This document shows positions 19,657 to 29,448 of a DNA stretch of 64,000 bases, one piece after another. A program made the position numbers and the translations under genes. Location of the stretch: assembly GCA_963700635.1 (NCBI GenBank), contig CAVOYH010000001.1, positions 416,001 to 480,000 on the forward strand, given 5' to 3'. Source of the DNA: an uncultured Bacteroidota bacterium (GTDB lineage: Bacteria; Bacteroidota; Ignavibacteria; UBA10030; UBA6906). Position 1 is the stretch's first letter. Every line of letters starts with the position of its first letter. The notes beneath the pieces are model-generated. The model did no database searches and was not told where the DNA came from. It saw nothing but the letters and a program-made list of their open reading frames with translations.

Positions 19657-21624
19657 TTATTTACGGTTGATCTCAGCCATCAGCTGGACGGATGGCAGAT
19701 GATCCGGCCTCAGGCGAAGCACCGCCTGGATACGCTGGAGCGCCAGGTCGGACCGTCCGGACCGATACAGGGCAAGGGCCAGCAGATAACCGTTTTCCAC
19801 CTGCTCCGGCGGGGAGAGGGTATAGGTAAACATTCTTGAGTAGTGCTCTGCCGCCTCGGCGGGTCTGGACGTGCGGGCGGCGATATCGCCCAGTGCGCGG
19901 TATGCGAGCAGGGTTGGGCGGACAAGCAACGATTGCCGGAGTGTTGATTCGACTTCCATAATCCGGTTCTGGTCGAGGAGCAATCGGGCGAGCTGAAGGT
20001 AAGGTTCAACATTTACCCGGGGAAGTTGGTTGATGATGGTACGGTACTCGCGTTCAAGCGCAGGGAGGTTCCTCTGTACCGAGTAGAATGTCACGGCACG
20101 CTCGTGGGCCTGCAACCAGTGGATATGCCCGCGTGTTGCCTCGTCAGCGATCTGGCCGAGAGTGTCTGTCGCCGATATGGCACTGACCGGACTCTCCCCT
20201 TCCTGAAACGGCCAGGCGGTGATAAGCACTTCCGTGCGGCGGGATGCGAGCCGTTCGTCCAGCGCGGTCAGGTGCCGGTCTTCCCAGAAGGCCGCATCCG
20301 GAATGGTGTCCCGCCTCGCCCACTCAACGGGCGTTGCCATCAACCCGCGGGAACGGATCTGATGGACATATGCCCTGGCAAGGAGGAACTGTCCGTAGGA
20401 GGTCGGGTGGAGATGTTCGAGAATGAGGTCGCTGCCGATAATGCTGTCGCGGGAAAAGGCGGCGAACTCCTTTTCCATGTCCACAGCCATTCCATATCCC
20501 GAATCATCCATCGCCAGAATGACAGCGTTAAAGTCGGAACTGGTCCGGAAACGAAGCTCGTCAAGATCCCGGGCGCGCACATAGGAATGCCGCGCTTCAT
20601 CCGTGCGCCCGAGCGTATCAAGGGATTGTGCAATCCGGAAATGGGTTTCTGCGTGGTTCGGGAAGATCAGTCCCGCCGCACGATAGGCCGCGAGGGCGGA
20701 ATCAAACAAACCATTCATGGTGTGCGTCATGCCGGCATTAAACGCTCTGTGAAAATCGAGTTGCATTTCCGGAGGGAGCGTCGATGGATCGGCGGAAATG
20801 AACGGCGCCAGACCGCGCAGGTTCGACACCTGAGTGCCAAACAGTACGGGGACGTCGTGACGTGCGCAAATATCCCTGATCTCTCCGATATTGGCACGAA
20901 ACACGTCCAGGCCGGCACGGTAAAGATCACTGTCGACCGGAATGTACTGTCCGTGCGCGAGTTTCTCCATCATCGTGCTCCGCGTGTCGGCCGCGTTGCT
21001 GCCAAACCAGCCCGTGAACAATACATAGGCCGCGCGTGCCGCTTGATACAGCCGGAGATGGACAAGGCGCAGGGAAAGCTGCGAGAACCAGCGGGATTTT
21101 CCCAGCGATTCATGAGACGCGACCCCGAGGGCACCGTAAAACTCGTTGTGGCCGTCGTATACGATTACCAGATCGGGTTGATACCCAATGATCTCATCGG
21201 CCATGTCAAGAGCGGTGTAGCTGTTGGTTGCAGTCATACCCAGATTGATAACTTCAATCGTACGGTCCGGGAAAATCCGGGCAAGCCGGTCGCGCAGAAA
21301 TGAAGGGAAGGCACCATTGTACCAGTAGGGGAACCCGACGGTGGTGGACCCGCCGAGACAGAAGATGCGGTATGTGCCCTCCGGCTTCGGGTCCAGAAAG
21401 TAATCCGGAGATGTTGAAGGTGTGAACGACACGCGCGAAAAATACCGGTGTTTCACGCCGGGATTCATGATATGATACTCTGTTCCGTTGAGCACCTCAG
21501 TGGTGAAAAGATTCAGATCGGGTCCGAATCCAAGAGCCCTTAGTCCTCCCTCCATTGCGAGCAGAAAGAGGAAAGGGAAGGACACCATGAAGGCGAAATA
21601 CCAGCGGCGGCGGGAAACGGTCAT
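19657..21624 (-). CDS. Membrane-anchored SGNH/GDSL-like hydrolase with TPR repeats (paralog of 17672-19639)
   Basis: N-terminal TM helix, CLGGST, INLG, YDGHNEFYG, ARDLDELRFR, EHLHPT, and TPRs. Confidence 0.8.
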   Translation of the reverse strand: MTVSRRRWYFAFMVSFPFLFLLAMEGGLRALGFGPDLNLFTTEVLNGTEYHIMNPGVKHRYFSRVSFTPSTSPDYFLDPKPEGTYRIFCLGGSTTVGFPYWYNGAFPSFLRDRLARIFPDRTIEVINLGMTATNSYTALDMADEIIGYQPDLVIVYDGHNEFYGALGVASHESLGKSRWFSQLSLRLVHLRLYQAARAAYVLFTGWFGSNAADTRSTMMEKLAHGQYIPVDSDLYRAGLDVFRANIGEIRDICARHDVPVLFGTQVSNLRGLAPFISADPSTLPPEMQLDFHRAFNAGMTHTMNGLFDSALAAYRAAGLIFPNHAETHFRIAQSLDTLGRTDEARHSYVRARDLDELRFRTSSDFNAVILAMDDSGYGMAVDMEKEFAAFSRDSIIGSDLILEHLHPTSYGQFLLARAYVHQIRSRGLMATPVEWARRDTIPDAAFWEDRHLTALDERLASRRTEVLITAWPFQEGESPVSAISATDTLGQIADEATRGHIHWLQAHERAVTFYSVQRNLPALEREYRTIINQLPRVNVEPYLQLARLLLDQNRIMEVESTLRQSLLVRPTLLAYRALGDIAARTSRPAEAAEHYSRMFTYTLSPPEQVENGYLLALALYRSGRSDLALQRIQAVLRLRPDHLPSVQLMAEINRK

Positions 21625-21656
21625 ATGGTCTCTATGAGGAAGATTGGGAACAGGTT

Positions 21657-24600
21657 ATGAAATATACGAGCTTCTCTGTGGAAAGCAAAACGGTCCGTGA
21701 TGTGTTTGTGCTCGGCGTTGCAGCACTTCTCCTGTCGGGAACAGCAGGCGCGCAGGACAGTGTTGATGTGACATTCCGGTATACGGTCGCCGGGAAATCC
21801 GCTGTCTCCGTGCCCGGCGAGTTTAATGGGTGGAGCACGACGGCTGCACCCATGACAAATATCGGCGGAGATGTCTGGGTCCGGGTTGTCCGCCTCCGCG
21901 TCGGCGGAAATCCCTCTCCCCCGGCCGCCGGTGTGCCGGGGGCATGGCAATACAAATTCTGGTACACCGGTGCTTCCCCCTGGCCGAATGACCCGTTGAA
22001 TCATCATCAGAATTCAGCCGACAACAACAATACGTTTCTCTATCTCCGGGATCCGACCATCTATCAGTTTGTCCCGAATCAGCGGACCGGGATTCAGTCC
22101 ACTGTCACCCCTACAATCTCGGCCTACATTTTCCCCAGGGTGGGCGGTACGGTGGATACGTCAACCCTGCGGCTCACCATCGATGGTGTGTTGCATGAAG
22201 GGGTGGGAAGTCTGTACAATCCGGCCACGCAACAGTTTGTGTTCACTCCGACGACGCCGCTCACGAACGGAGACCACACGGTCATCCTGTACGCCGGAAC
22301 GTCCGCTGACACGGTTCGCTTTGCCACGAGCGCAGGTTTTGTGCGGATTACGACGCGCGGTGGTTTCTCGACCATCAGCCCCGTACGCACACTGCGCGGT
22401 CTTGTACAGGATACCGCATCAACCGATGTCTGGATCGTGCGCAACGGAACGGACACAACCCTGGTGCAGGCGCTGGGCGGACGCTGGACTGTCACGGACA
22501 CCCTCACGCCGGGGGTGAACGAGTTTCGTGCTCTGGCTGATTCAGCCGGGGTGCGCATCGCCTCTGATCCGGTCACGATCACCTATGCCGTATCGCGCGC
22601 TCCCCGGGCAGCTGCCACGGCTTCGCTGCTCGCCGGCTCAGTGATGCTGAGCACGACCGGATCTACTGATCCGCAGGGGCTGCCTCTTGCAGGCTTCCAG
22701 TGGCTTGACGATCCGGCAGTTCCTCTTGGACTGAACGGAAAGAGCGGAAGTTCAGAAGTCGTGCCGCTCCCTTCCACGCCGGGAGAATACTATTTTGGCC
22801 TTATCGTGCGTGACCAGGAGGGCCTGGCCGACACCATTCGTTCCTACTTTATCCTGACGGGTGAGGGGACGATCATCAACCCCACCGTGTCGATGAATCC
22901 TGAATGGGCGCGGAAGGCTCGCGTGTATTTCCTCTTCCCGAAGGCAGCCTCGCAGGAGGGGACGATCAACGGTGCGGCCCAGCACCTCACCCACATCCGC
23001 GATTTGGGCTTCTCCGTGATCTGGTTGATGCCTGTGATGCGCAATGCATTTCCGATCAATACCGGTTTCGGGCCGGGCTACAATATTACGGACTTTTACA
23101 ATGTCGCGCCGGAATATGGAACAAATCAGGATTTTAGAAATTTTGTGGATCAGGCTCATACGCTGGGCATGAAAGTGATCCTGGATATCACGCCCAACCA
23201 CTCGAGCCGGTCACACCCCTGGGCTGTTGACGCGCGTGCATACGGAGAGGACTCGCCGTACTGGAGCTGGTATGAACACACGATGATTCCGCACAATACA
23301 AACGGACTCGGGCAATCTTTCGACCAGTACGGGTTCACCTACTATTCCGGATTCAGCGACCAGCTTCTGAATCTCAACTGGGCCGATCCTGACCTGCGGC
23401 AGGAGATGATCCGGATGCTGACATACTGGATACGGGAGTTCGGCGTGGATGGATACCGGTTTGATGTCTACTGGGGTCCGCACAGGCGATATGGCGAAAT
23501 AGCCATGGGACAACCGGTTCGTGACGCGCTGAAAAGAGCGAAGCCTGATATTCTCCTTCTGGCGGAGGATGATGGCACGGGGTCAGGGACGGAAGTGATC
23601 TATGCCGATTACAGCTATCAGGGCGTACACGGCGGTGTGGATGCGGCATACGATTTTAAACTGTACTTCGATCAGATCCGGGGTTTCAACAACACGGCGG
23701 CCGCCATTACGGCGCTGCATGCCGACATTGACAACAGCGGATTCTTCCCCGGCGAGCATGCCCTGTACATGCGGTTTATGGAATCCCAGGACGAAGACCG
23801 GATCGTCTATTTTTATTCGGGGGCGTTTCAACTTGATGCCACGACCACGTTCCGGAAGACCATGCCTGTGGCCACGGTGTTGTTTACCGCCCCCGGTTTC
23901 CCCATGCTCTGGAACGGACAAGAAGTGGGCTGGGGATACGGGATAAGCGGTGCAAAAGAGGCGCGGGCGAGGAGTATTATCAACTGGTTCTATCAGGGGC
24001 GTGGCCTGCTCGCACCACACTATCAGAAACTGGCGACGCTTCGCGGGGCCTTCCCCGCATTCACCGAACCCAAACGTGATACCAACCTTGATGGCCGCGT
24101 GGATGGGAACGATGCGTCGATCTTCGTCCGGTGTCCGACGGGGAATGCACTGGTCTATGGTTTTGTCCGTCCGTTCCTTGGACAGAATGGCGTGACGGTT
24201 GTGAATGTCTCTGATGTGGAACAGGTTGCCGTCCTGGATCTGAGCGAAACCTCCGGCATACTCTTTCCGGACGAAATCAGACCGTCATCTCCCGTCTATC
24301 TTAATGATCTTTTAGGGAGTGAAACCACGTTAACCACGCTGGGAGCACTTGCGGCCGTTCCGGTCACGTTGCCTGCCTACGGGAGCAAGGTGTATACGGT
24401 TTCGCTGACCGCTGATACCCTGAAGATTGCCAATCCTATTCTGAGCGTGCGGGAGACCGGTCAGACACCGGGCCGGTTCTTTGTGTACCCCAACTACCCG
24501 AATCCCTTTAATCCGTTGACGGTGATTTCCTTCGACCTGCCGGGCGAAAGCAGGGTGATCGTTACCGTGCACGACATTCTCGGACGTGAGATTGCCAGAT

Positions 24601-24761
24601 TGCTTGATGCCGAGCGGGGAGCAGGACTTCATCGTGTTGAGTGGGACGCCCGCACCGGGGGAGGAAGATCCGCCGCATCAGGAATATATTTTGCCCGCGT
24701 TACTGCCGGGAACGGGACATCCAGGCTTTCGCACACCCACACCATGCTCCTGTTGAAGTGA
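21657..24761 (+). CDS. Secreted GH13 alpha-amylase-family enzyme with N-terminal CBM48-like and Ig/PKD-like domains and a T9SS CTD
   Basis: Signal peptide, VPGEFNGW...WQYKF (CBM48-like), LGFSVIWLMP, DITPNH, DGYRFDV, LLAED, FMESQDEDR, PMLWNGQEVG, and CTD NYPNPFNP...SGIYF...MLLLK. Confidence 0.92.
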   Translation: MKYTSFSVESKTVRDVFVLGVAALLLSGTAGAQDSVDVTFRYTVAGKSAVSVPGEFNGWSTTAAPMTNIGGDVWVRVVRLRVGGNPSPPAAGVPGAWQYKFWYTGASPWPNDPLNHHQNSADNNNTFLYLRDPTIYQFVPNQRTGIQSTVTPTISAYIFPRVGGTVDTSTLRLTIDGVLHEGVGSLYNPATQQFVFTPTTPLTNGDHTVILYAGTSADTVRFATSAGFVRITTRGGFSTISPVRTLRGLVQDTASTDVWIVRNGTDTTLVQALGGRWTVTDTLTPGVNEFRALADSAGVRIASDPVTITYAVSRAPRAAATASLLAGSVMLSTTGSTDPQGLPLAGFQWLDDPAVPLGLNGKSGSSEVVPLPSTPGEYYFGLIVRDQEGLADTIRSYFILTGEGTIINPTVSMNPEWARKARVYFLFPKAASQEGTINGAAQHLTHIRDLGFSVIWLMPVMRNAFPINTGFGPGYNITDFYNVAPEYGTNQDFRNFVDQAHTLGMKVILDITPNHSSRSHPWAVDARAYGEDSPYWSWYEHTMIPHNTNGLGQSFDQYGFTYYSGFSDQLLNLNWADPDLRQEMIRMLTYWIREFGVDGYRFDVYWGPHRRYGEIAMGQPVRDALKRAKPDILLLAEDDGTGSGTEVIYADYSYQGVHGGVDAAYDFKLYFDQIRGFNNTAAAITALHADIDNSGFFPGEHALYMRFMESQDEDRIVYFYSGAFQLDATTTFRKTMPVATVLFTAPGFPMLWNGQEVGWGYGISGAKEARARSIINWFYQGRGLLAPHYQKLATLRGAFPAFTEPKRDTNLDGRVDGNDASIFVRCPTGNALVYGFVRPFLGQNGVTVVNVSDVEQVAVLDLSETSGILFPDEIRPSSPVYLNDLLGSETTLTTLGALAAVPVTLPAYGSKVYTVSLTADTLKIANPILSVRETGQTPGRFFVYPNYPNPFNPLTVISFDLPGESRVIVTVHDILGREIARLLDAERGAGLHRVEWDARTGGGRSAASGIYFARVTAGNGTSRLSHTHTMLLLK

Positions 24762-24852
24762 GAGAATATTGATCCTCCGCGCACGACCCGGTATGCGCGA
24801 TCCGTCGTGGTCCGTGCGGCCATTGTATCGACAAGAGAGAAGAGGCAGAGAG

Positions 24853-27485
24853 ATGACAGTTCTCAGACGTGTACTGACCGTAGTCTGCGCGGCACTCACG
24901 GCGACTATGGTCCAGGCCCAACCGCAGGAGGTTTCCGGCGGTGTCCGTTTTACCTATCCGGCCGGAAGCGAAACCTCGGTCTCGGTTCTGGGCGATTTTA
25001 ACGGATGGACGAAAGACGAGCATCCGCTGCAGAGGAGCAACGGCGAATGGTCGGCGGTGTGTCTGTTACGTCCGGGCGTGTATCAGTACAAGTTTCTGAT
25101 TGACGGAACCCGCTACGAGAACGATCCCGGGAATCCGGTGCACGTTGACAACTTCAACCGGTCCTCGAAGAATTCCGTTTTCGTTATTACGCAGAATGGC
25201 GGCTTGCTTCTGGCTGCGGAAGCTCCCGCGTCTCCCCGTAATCCGGAAGACCTGTATCCGGCATCAACCGGCCGCCAGCCGGTCTATCTCAACATCATCT
25301 GGCATCAGCACCAGCCCCTCTACGCAAACCCGGAGACGGATCAGCTTGCGGCGCCCTGGGTGCGCACTCACGCGACGAAGGACTACTATGACATGGCCTC
25401 GATGCTGCGTGAATATCCCCGTGTCCATTGTACGGTAAATCTCACCACATCCCTGCTTCATCAGCTCAGGGAATATTATCTTGCCCGACTCGGGCCGTAC
25501 ATTGATCTGCGTGCGGGGACGATCGATGTGGCGGGTTTCTGGAAACAGTGGAAGGGGAAGACCGATCCGTGGATTGACATGGCGCTGACGCCCGCGGCAG
25601 ACTACACGGAGGTCCAGCGTGCTCATCTTTATAGAGACGCCTGGAGTGCGTTCGGCATCAGCGAAGTGATGATCGAACGTTTTCCCGCATACAAACTGCT
25701 CCGTGACCGCCTGCAGGCGGTGAAAACGCCCGGTCAGAATCTTTTCACCACAGAAGAAGAACGTGAGATTCTGTTCTGGTTCTATCTTGCGTATTTTGAT
25801 CCCGATTTTTTGCGCGGAGCAGTGCCGCTGCCGGGGGGGACTGTCTGCGACTTGCGGGAGTATGTGGACGAACATGAGGATGGCACGTTCCATCTCCGCC
25901 GTCCGGTCACCGATGAAGATTGCAGGCGGCTGGTCGTGGAGTCGTACAAGGTAATGGCCGCGGTGATCCCGGTGCATCGTTCGCTCCGGTACAACCCGAA
26001 CAAGCACACAGGACAAATCGACATCATCACGACACCGTTTTATCATCCTATCCTTCCCCTGATCTATGATTCCGAACTGGCCCGGATCTGCCAACCGCAG
26101 GATTCTCTGCCCGCGCGGTATGCCTATCCTGCTGATGCCGAAGCACAGGTCATCAAGGCGATTCGAATGTACCGGGAGATCTTTGGAGAACCGCCCGCCG
26201 GCATGTGGCCCGGAGAGGGTTCGGTGGCGCAGCCGATTCTTGAAATCCTGCGCGCGAACGGGATACTCTGGACGGCAAGCGATCGGAAGGTTCTGGTCCG
26301 GTCCCGGCCGCCCGGCAAACCCAACACGTCTGCTTTCAGCTTTCCCGCAGGTCCCGACCGGCATGGCGCTGGTGTTCCGCGACACGGAACTCTCGGACCG
26401 GATCGGTTTCAAGTACCAGTCGATGGACGGCGAAGCTGCCGCAGAAGATTTTGTGCAGAGCATCCTGGATCTTGCCCCGCTCGAGGCTGAGCCCGAGGTG
26501 CTGATCACCGTCATTCTCGACGGCGAGAACGCCTGGGAGTGGTATCAAAAAGACAATGACGGGAAGATATTTCTCCACTCGTTATACCGAAAACTCTCGG
26601 CCCTCTACGCGCAGGAGCGGATTATCACCGTGACGATGAGCGAGTATCTGCAGGGTAATCCGCAGCGCAAGATTCCGGCCCATCCGATTCGGAACCTTCC
26701 GCAGATGGAATGGCTCTGGCCGGGTTCATGGATCAACGGCAACTATGATACGTGGATCGGCGAAGGGGAAGAGAATCAAGCATGGGAATACCTGCTCCAG
26801 GCACGCGAGTGATCTCGCCCGGTCGGGGATCCCTTCCCCTGATCCGCGTTCGGATGCACCGCGCACGGGAACGCGCGAATGGCACGCGTATATGGCATGG
26901 GAAGAGATGTATGCATCGGAAGGCTCGGACTGGTTCTGGTGGTACGGATCCGATCAAACGGCTCCCGCGGGGGACAAGCCGTTTGATACGGCCTACCGGG
27001 CGCATCTTCAGAACGTGTACCGGTTCGCGCGCCTTGCAGGGGGAACCATGCCTGACCGGACATTCGCGTCGATTCTCGCGGAGGAATCTGACGTCACTTC
27101 CGCCGTGGATGCTGCGGCGGCGGGAAAAGGGGCGATGGCGCGGGCCAGCGCTCCCGCGGCGACGGTGGTGTTTGTCTGCGACGCTTCCGGCCAGAAGGTG
27201 ACACGCGCTCTCTACGTGGCCGGTGATCACACCCTCCTCGGTGCCTGGGTCCCAAACAGTGTTCCTATGCGGGACGATGGACAGGAGGGTGATGCAGTCG
27301 CCGGAGACGGACTGTGGACGCTGCGCGTTGTCCTGCCCGCCGGCATCACCATATCGTACAAATACACGAACAGCGGGACTCCCGGGCAATGGATGCCCGG
27401 CGACGAGTCTCCCGGGCGTAACCGTACGCTGACGATTCTTGAATCTCCACAACCACTCATTATTCATGACCGATTCGGACAGTAA
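24853..27485 (+). CDS. GH57 amylopullulanase-like enzyme with signal peptide, N-terminal CBM48-like and C-terminal CBM20-like domains; two +1 frameshifts
   Basis: Joins ORFs 24769, 26066 and 26745. WHQHQP, TPFYHPILPL, GMWPGE (nucleophile), LVFRD..LSD.IGF, ILDGENAWE (acid/base), WPGSWI, EGSDWFWWYG, and YVAGDHTLLGAW...YKYT (CBM20). Shifts near 26360 and 26807. Confidence 0.88.
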
Positions 27486-27491
27486 CTGCCT

Positions 27492-29441
27492 ATGAAAACG
27501 TATGCTCCACCCAGAGCCCTCGATCTCGTCGAGGAAGCACTCAAGCGCAAAGTCAAAGATACACGCCTGCGAAAATATTCATACTCGGTCCCGTCGTTAT
27601 GGGGATCGGGACGGGGCAAGCCGAAAACAGTAAAGGTCCATCCCTACGGGTACTTCCTCGGCGTCATCAAAAAGATCAAGAGCGTCAAGGCAACAAAAAT
27701 CATCCCCTCGGAAGGGGGCGCGTGGACCCGCGAGGCGGTTATCTACAATCTGTTTATCCGGACCACCACGGCCTTTGATCATAACGGAAACGGAAAGCTC
27801 GATCTCCCGGTGAATGGTAATGGCCTGCGCGAAACGGGCACGTTTCTGAAAGCGATGGCCATGCTGCCGTACATCAAACGCCTGGGTGCAAACACCATCC
27901 ACCTTCTCCCCATCACATCCATCGGGCATGACGGAAACAAGGGGACGCTGGGGTCACCGTATGCAATCCGGAACCCGTATGAGCTGGACGAGCATCTGGG
28001 TGAACCATCTCTTGGACTGGATGTCAAGGTAGAGTTCCGCGCCTTTGTGGAGGCAGCCCATCGGCTCGGACTACGGGTTGTGCTGGAGTTTGTATTCCGG
28101 ACTGCCGCCAAGGATGGCGATTGGGTGAAGGAACACCCGGAGTGGATGTACTGGATCAAGGAGTCCGTTGCTCCGCGCGGATCAGGCGAGTCCGACCCCA
28201 ACACCTACGGAAGTCCGATTTTTACGCGTGAAGAGCTGGATCACATTCATCACGATGTCGATCATAACCGGATGGATGCATTGATCCCCCCGCACAAGGT
28301 ACATCGGGATTTCTTTACAGAGTCTCCTCTTTCAGAGAATGTGAAAAAAGAGAACGGCCGGTACATCGGCGCGCTGGCCGATGGAACACGCGTCCGGATA
28401 CCCGGCGCCTTTGCCGATTGGCCGCCGGATGATAACCAGCCGCCGTGGAACGACGTCACGTATCTGCGCATGTACACACACCCTGATTTTAATTATATCG
28501 GATACAATACCATCCGGATGTATGACACCCGCCTGGCCCAGCTCCAGTATGTCAACCGGCCGCTCTGGGATCGTATTGTCGGGATTATCCCTTATTATCA
28601 ACGTGAGTTTGCCATTGACGGGGTGATGATCGATATGGGTCACGCCCTCCCGATGGATCTAAAATCGGAGATGGTCGCCAAGGCCCGCAGTGCAGACCCG
28701 GACTTCGCATTCTGGGATGAGAATTTTGCCATTACACAACGGAGCTGTGAGGAAGGGTACAATGCAGTCTTCGGGTATATCTGGGTAGATCAACATCATC
28801 CGGATCGGATGCGGCGGTTTGTAGAACATCTTGCAACGAAGGGATTCCCCATACCGTCCTTTGCAACACCGGAGAGCCATAACACTCCGCGCGCTGCTTC
28901 CCGTTCGGGTGGCCTGGCCTACGCCCGGTGGGCGTTCTGCGTTAATGCATTTCTGCCGGCGATTCCGTTCATCCACTCGGGATTTGAGCTTGCGGAACGG
29001 TTCCCGATCAACACGGGGCTCGACTTCACGGCGGACGAGCTAAAAAAACTTCCGTCAGAAACACTTCCCCTGTTCAGTGAGTATGGCTATAACTGGCTGA
29101 GCGCCGAAGAATTCACCGGGATGATCACCGCGGTGCTGGCCATTCGAAAACGATATCAGACGATCGTGGTCGATCCGCATCCACGTGCATTTTCACTGCT
29201 CGAGGAGCCCAACCTCCGTATCCTCTCCTTCGAACGGCGCAGCGAGGACGGCCACACACGTTTGTCCGTTATCGGGAACATGGATTGTGAAGCTCCACAA
29301 TGGGCAGCGACAAAGATGCAAACCCATCGCCATACCCTTACGAACCTGCTCACCGGAAAAAGGGTGACGCTCACGGACGGGACCGTCCGCGTTGAACTCG
29401 CCCCCGGTGAGTGTCTCGTTATCGCTCATCAGGAGAAATGA
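27492..29441 (+). CDS. Cytoplasmic GH13 protein resembling Thermotoga maltodextrin glycosyltransferase (maltosyltransferase)
   Basis: ETGTFLKAMAMLPYIKRLG, GSPYAIRNPYELD, EFVFRTAA, PDDNQPPWNDVTYLR, IDMGHALP, FWDE and ESHNTPR. No signal peptide. Confidence 0.8.
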   Translation: MKTYAPPRALDLVEEALKRKVKDTRLRKYSYSVPSLWGSGRGKPKTVKVHPYGYFLGVIKKIKSVKATKIIPSEGGAWTREAVIYNLFIRTTTAFDHNGNGKLDLPVNGNGLRETGTFLKAMAMLPYIKRLGANTIHLLPITSIGHDGNKGTLGSPYAIRNPYELDEHLGEPSLGLDVKVEFRAFVEAAHRLGLRVVLEFVFRTAAKDGDWVKEHPEWMYWIKESVAPRGSGESDPNTYGSPIFTREELDHIHHDVDHNRMDALIPPHKVHRDFFTESPLSENVKKENGRYIGALADGTRVRIPGAFADWPPDDNQPPWNDVTYLRMYTHPDFNYIGYNTIRMYDTRLAQLQYVNRPLWDRIVGIIPYYQREFAIDGVMIDMGHALPMDLKSEMVAKARSADPDFAFWDENFAITQRSCEEGYNAVFGYIWVDQHHPDRMRRFVEHLATKGFPIPSFATPESHNTPRAASRSGGLAYARWAFCVNAFLPAIPFIHSGFELAERFPINTGLDFTADELKKLPSETLPLFSEYGYNWLSAEEFTGMITAVLAIRKRYQTIVVDPHPRAFSLLEEPNLRILSFERRSEDGHTRLSVIGNMDCEAPQWAATKMQTHRHTLTNLLTGKRVTLTDGTVRVELAPGECLVIAHQEK

Positions 29442-29448
29442 CACCACC

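Noticed and set aside
20026-21303. 425-aa plus ORF, and similar long ORFs at 4740-5819, 25264-26514, 49240-50166, 51847-52944 and 54085-55173
   Set aside because: All lie antisense to well-supported genes and have no recognisable domains.
24778-24820. Imperfect stem-loop between GH13 and GH57, and a similar one in the tRNA-Arg leader (44042-44089)
   Set aside because: GC-rich imperfect pairing with no U tail or known motif, so not distinguishable from chance.
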